Below are positions 60,584 through 64,000 of a stretch of 64,000 bases of DNA, piece after piece. A program made the position numbers and the translations under genes. The stretch comes from Daphnia carinata. Its lineage: Eukaryota. The stretch lies in the NCBI RefSeq assembly GCF_022539665.2, contig NC_081332.1, forward strand, positions 3,162,001 through 3,226,000. The letters run 5' to 3'. Position 1 is the first letter of the stretch; every line of letters begins with the position of its first letter. Under the pieces are notes generated by a model that worked only from the letters and a program-made list of their open reading frames with translations, did no database searches and was not told the DNA's origin.

Positions 60584-63500
60584 TCATCCTCAATCATCAT
60601 GCGTGACCAGTTTGTGAAACTTTTGCGGTGGAGTTACAAGAGGGGAGTGCGTGAGTCGAGCACTTGAAACTTCATTTCATTTCTTTTCTTTTCTTTTTTT
60701 TTTCTGAATTACGTTCGATTGACAGCGTCGACAACCCATCAGTTTCCGTTTTCCGCGGTCTTGTCGAGTATTTTTAACCATCATGTTACCCTCGATTAAA
60801 AAAAAAAAAAAAAAGAAAGTAACGAATAGAGAACAAAACTGATGGAAACTGGGAGGGACTATTAAGAAAAAGTCACGTAACGGCGGGGAATTGTACGATT
60901 TTTAAACAAACGCCCAGAATTATGAAAAAAGAAATCCAAAAAAAAAATCGAGTTTTATATTTATCTATAACTACACGCATCTACGACGTACTTATCTATC
61001 TCATTAATAACCATTCATTCATGTCTGCCCCGCCTCTGATCCCCTTATGATATGCATCCATTACTAGTACACACGCGTCTAGTCCATCATTTTTCCCTAG
61101 GCAAAACATGCGTCCCACCTCACTCCCCTTTTGTTCTATTGTACTACTATTTACTCACATCGATCGTTGGCCGTCATTATTATACTAATCATGAACAACC
61201 GGCGTCTGTAAACTTCTCATCCAAACAGGAAATCTTGATGCGTGTTTTGTTGCCGTTTTCTTTTTACGAATCATTTCTTTTCCAACTTTAATTGTTCCCA
61301 ACACACAGACACGCGGCCATTTTATTCGTTCACTCATGGAAAAATCCTTCTTACAAAAACGTGTCTATATAACAAAAAAAAGAACTCGTACCTTGTCAAG
61401 TGTTAGTGTGCATGATCTAGCAATCTGTTAGCTTAAGGGGGAGGAGGGCGTGGTTATGTTGTGGAAGAGTGCGGGGGGAAGCGTGAGAATGTAGGGTTAT
61501 ATAGGCTGACTAATGAGGCAGCAACGTTATGCATCATCATCGTTTGAAACTGCAATCAACACGGCCGTTTTGGAATTGAGTTGTAATTCCGTTTGTTTTG
61601 CCAAATTGAAATGATTTCAACTTTCTTTTGCAAATCATGGAACAAAAATGGGAATTTTTTTCTTTCTTCTTTTAATCTCATCTCTATTTTTTTTTAGCTT
61701 CCCATTTTTTTTGTTATATTCTTTTATTGTACGGTTAAGTATAATATCAAAGCTCCCATCACTTGCATTTCATCAATCGTCTTGTGTACATACATTATTA
61801 TTGTCTGCGACAGGTGTCCAAAAAAAAAAAAAACATTAGTCATCATTTGGAATTGGAAAAAAAAATTACAGTCCCGTCAGAATCATCATTTGAATTCCAC
61901 TATTGTACCACCCCAGGTTGTTTTTCTCTTCCTTCCGATCTATCAACAGGTTCACATTTTTGTTTGAAGCCTCCCCAAAATACCAAAGCGATGATGACAT
62001 ATGAATGATGTTGTTCTTCAATACATACCATTTCGAATCGATGTTCATGGTGATTCATTTTATTTTCTGTTAATTCTGCAAATAATTTAATTTTTAAATG
62101 AGACAATTCTTAGGCTCACCAGGTGGCACTTGCAAATATCGATCATGAAATTGTTGTTTACTTTTGTTGTCTGCTAGTTAAAATCGCATGCAGGTTATTG
62201 CCAACGTTTAGGGAAAACGCAGCAACAACTTACCACTTGATACAACGGCTGAAAGATACACACACCAACGCTGAAATGGGTAAGTTTGCCACACTTTTGT
62301 TTTTCATCCATTCGTTTATTTATCGCCGTATGCCATTTGAGAGCCAGAACAAAATAACTTGTCCTTTTGCTATTTGTCAGGTGTACACTGTATCTGTTTT
62401 ACTCTTTTGTTTTTCAACACTTTCCTCATCTTTTTGGTTTATTCAATCTTTTCTGGAGTGTTTGCTTTGAAAGGCTTCTTTTTTTCTCTCCTTTGCAAAT
62501 ATGCCCTAGCTTCACTGTTGCTTATTCTGTGAACAGTTATTCAAACATGGCATACAGAGTGCTTTAGAGCTTTAGTTAATTCAGTTCAAGGTCTTCCAGG
62601 ATTTCCAGGCATAACTTTTCCTTGGTGGCACAGATTAGAAGTTGAAAAGTCAACGGAAAAAGTCTTTTGCTTTTTTTCCTTTTATGATACACATAATAAT
62701 GCCTGAGTCTATATATATTTTCGTGCGGAGTTCCGACATTTGGTTTTTGTTTAGTTCGGTTCATTGGGCGAAAGCTTATACATGATCGATGTGTAAGAGG
62801 ATCTCTGTCGTAAAAAGAAAAATCTAAAACAAAAAGAAATTCATGAACTTTGCAAGGCTGAAACCCGAACTTTCTTACCTTAATTCTCTGTAAATGTCAA
62901 CTTTGCCTCACGCAGGTTGGCTCAGCTCGCAAACATCAATCATGTTTTCGATACTATTTGAAACTCTACTTGAAAGTCGACCCCATTGCTCCCTAATTAC
63001 TAATTATTCATGTAAAGCCTTTCCCTGTGATATTTGATTTGATCTCACGTCGCATCAAATGATATGACAGTTTACTCCTCCATCCCACATTTCGTACGAC
63101 TTGAATTTTACAGCTCGCTCAAATTGTATTACTGTCGTTTCTTTCTCCCTCGTCAACGAAAAGAAGAAAAGAATCTTTACTTTTTTCAGAAAGGACTGCG
63201 TGTTGTCGACATGCAGAGCCTTGTAATAATCGCATTAACCCCAGCTGCATCCGTTCCACACAACTTCCCACATTGTATACGTCACCAATTATCGACTTAT
63301 TTTCGAGGTCAGGGCAGTTCGAGTCGCCCTCTTCTTTTATTTTTTCTTCCAATGGATAAAACCCATCGTATTCTGAAACTCAATACTCGGGCAGTGAAGT
63401 CCAGCCTGTACATCCACTGATTGCCGGGCACAGTAGAAAAAAAAGAGCAAAGAAAAGTAAATTGGGAACCTTTATTGCAAGTCCACCAAACCTTGGCTTT

Positions 63501-64000
63501 CGAACACACACACACATACAAAGACGCGAAATAAAATTAAGTCTTAAAGTATATACTGTATACTGTAGGTCAGCGAAGTAATCTTCAATTACTTGCACAC
63601 GAACGGTGGGCAACATTTGTGCGTGAGCTGAATGACTTTTCGGCGACAGCAACTCACCGCCGCTTTGCTCCATACATCAACGACCTAATGAGTTGACATG
63701 TCTCTCCTTTTTTTTTTTTTTTTTTTTTTTTTTTCCAATTCTTCTTCTCGTCAACCGACACACTCACACACACGCGCGCTAAAGTCACTACAATAAATAA
63801 AAGAAAGGGAAAAGGAAGCTGTTGTTTTATTGATTGCTGCGGGATCGTGACTGGGCAGGAAGCGCGTGGGCAAAACAATCAACTGTTTTCGGTAGGCCAG
63901 CATTATATGGCTATTGGCAGGGGCAACGAATCGAGCCTTTGGTCTTTGATGTCTTTCGCCCGCCCTTTTTTCATTCTTGCTGATGTCCTTAGATTCTCAA

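Overview
Eukaryotic, intron-rich arthropod DNA. Short ~55-75 nt introns, AT-richness and a Dpr gene suggest a Daphnia-like crustacean; this is an inference. The first ~32 kb is a dense cluster of 12 genes that I could splice by hand: citron/sticky kinase, PSMA4, a secreted Pro/Tyr-repeat protein, UQCR10, SmD3, Vps16, a type II C-type-lectin-domain protein, a MYORG-like GH31 protein, an AT-hook/C2H2 zinc-finger protein, RpS17, Elongin C and TRMT5. The second ~32 kb holds one recognisable gene, a long-intron Dpr-family 2-Ig protein, with a ~19 kb homopolymer-rich upstream region. The most notable unexplained items are a ~230 nt highly structured element in the citron/PSMA4 bidirectional promoter, a GH31 protein with substituted catalytic Asp residues and several candidate first exons, and an in-frame 84-nt candidate cassette exon between the two Dpr Ig domains. 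A strand-oriented TGGCAAC promoter motif and 5'-biased CpG depletion in housekeeping genes are also visible. I cannot support any tRNA, rRNA, CRISPR array or clear transposon. All exon structures are manual predictions without transcript evidence.
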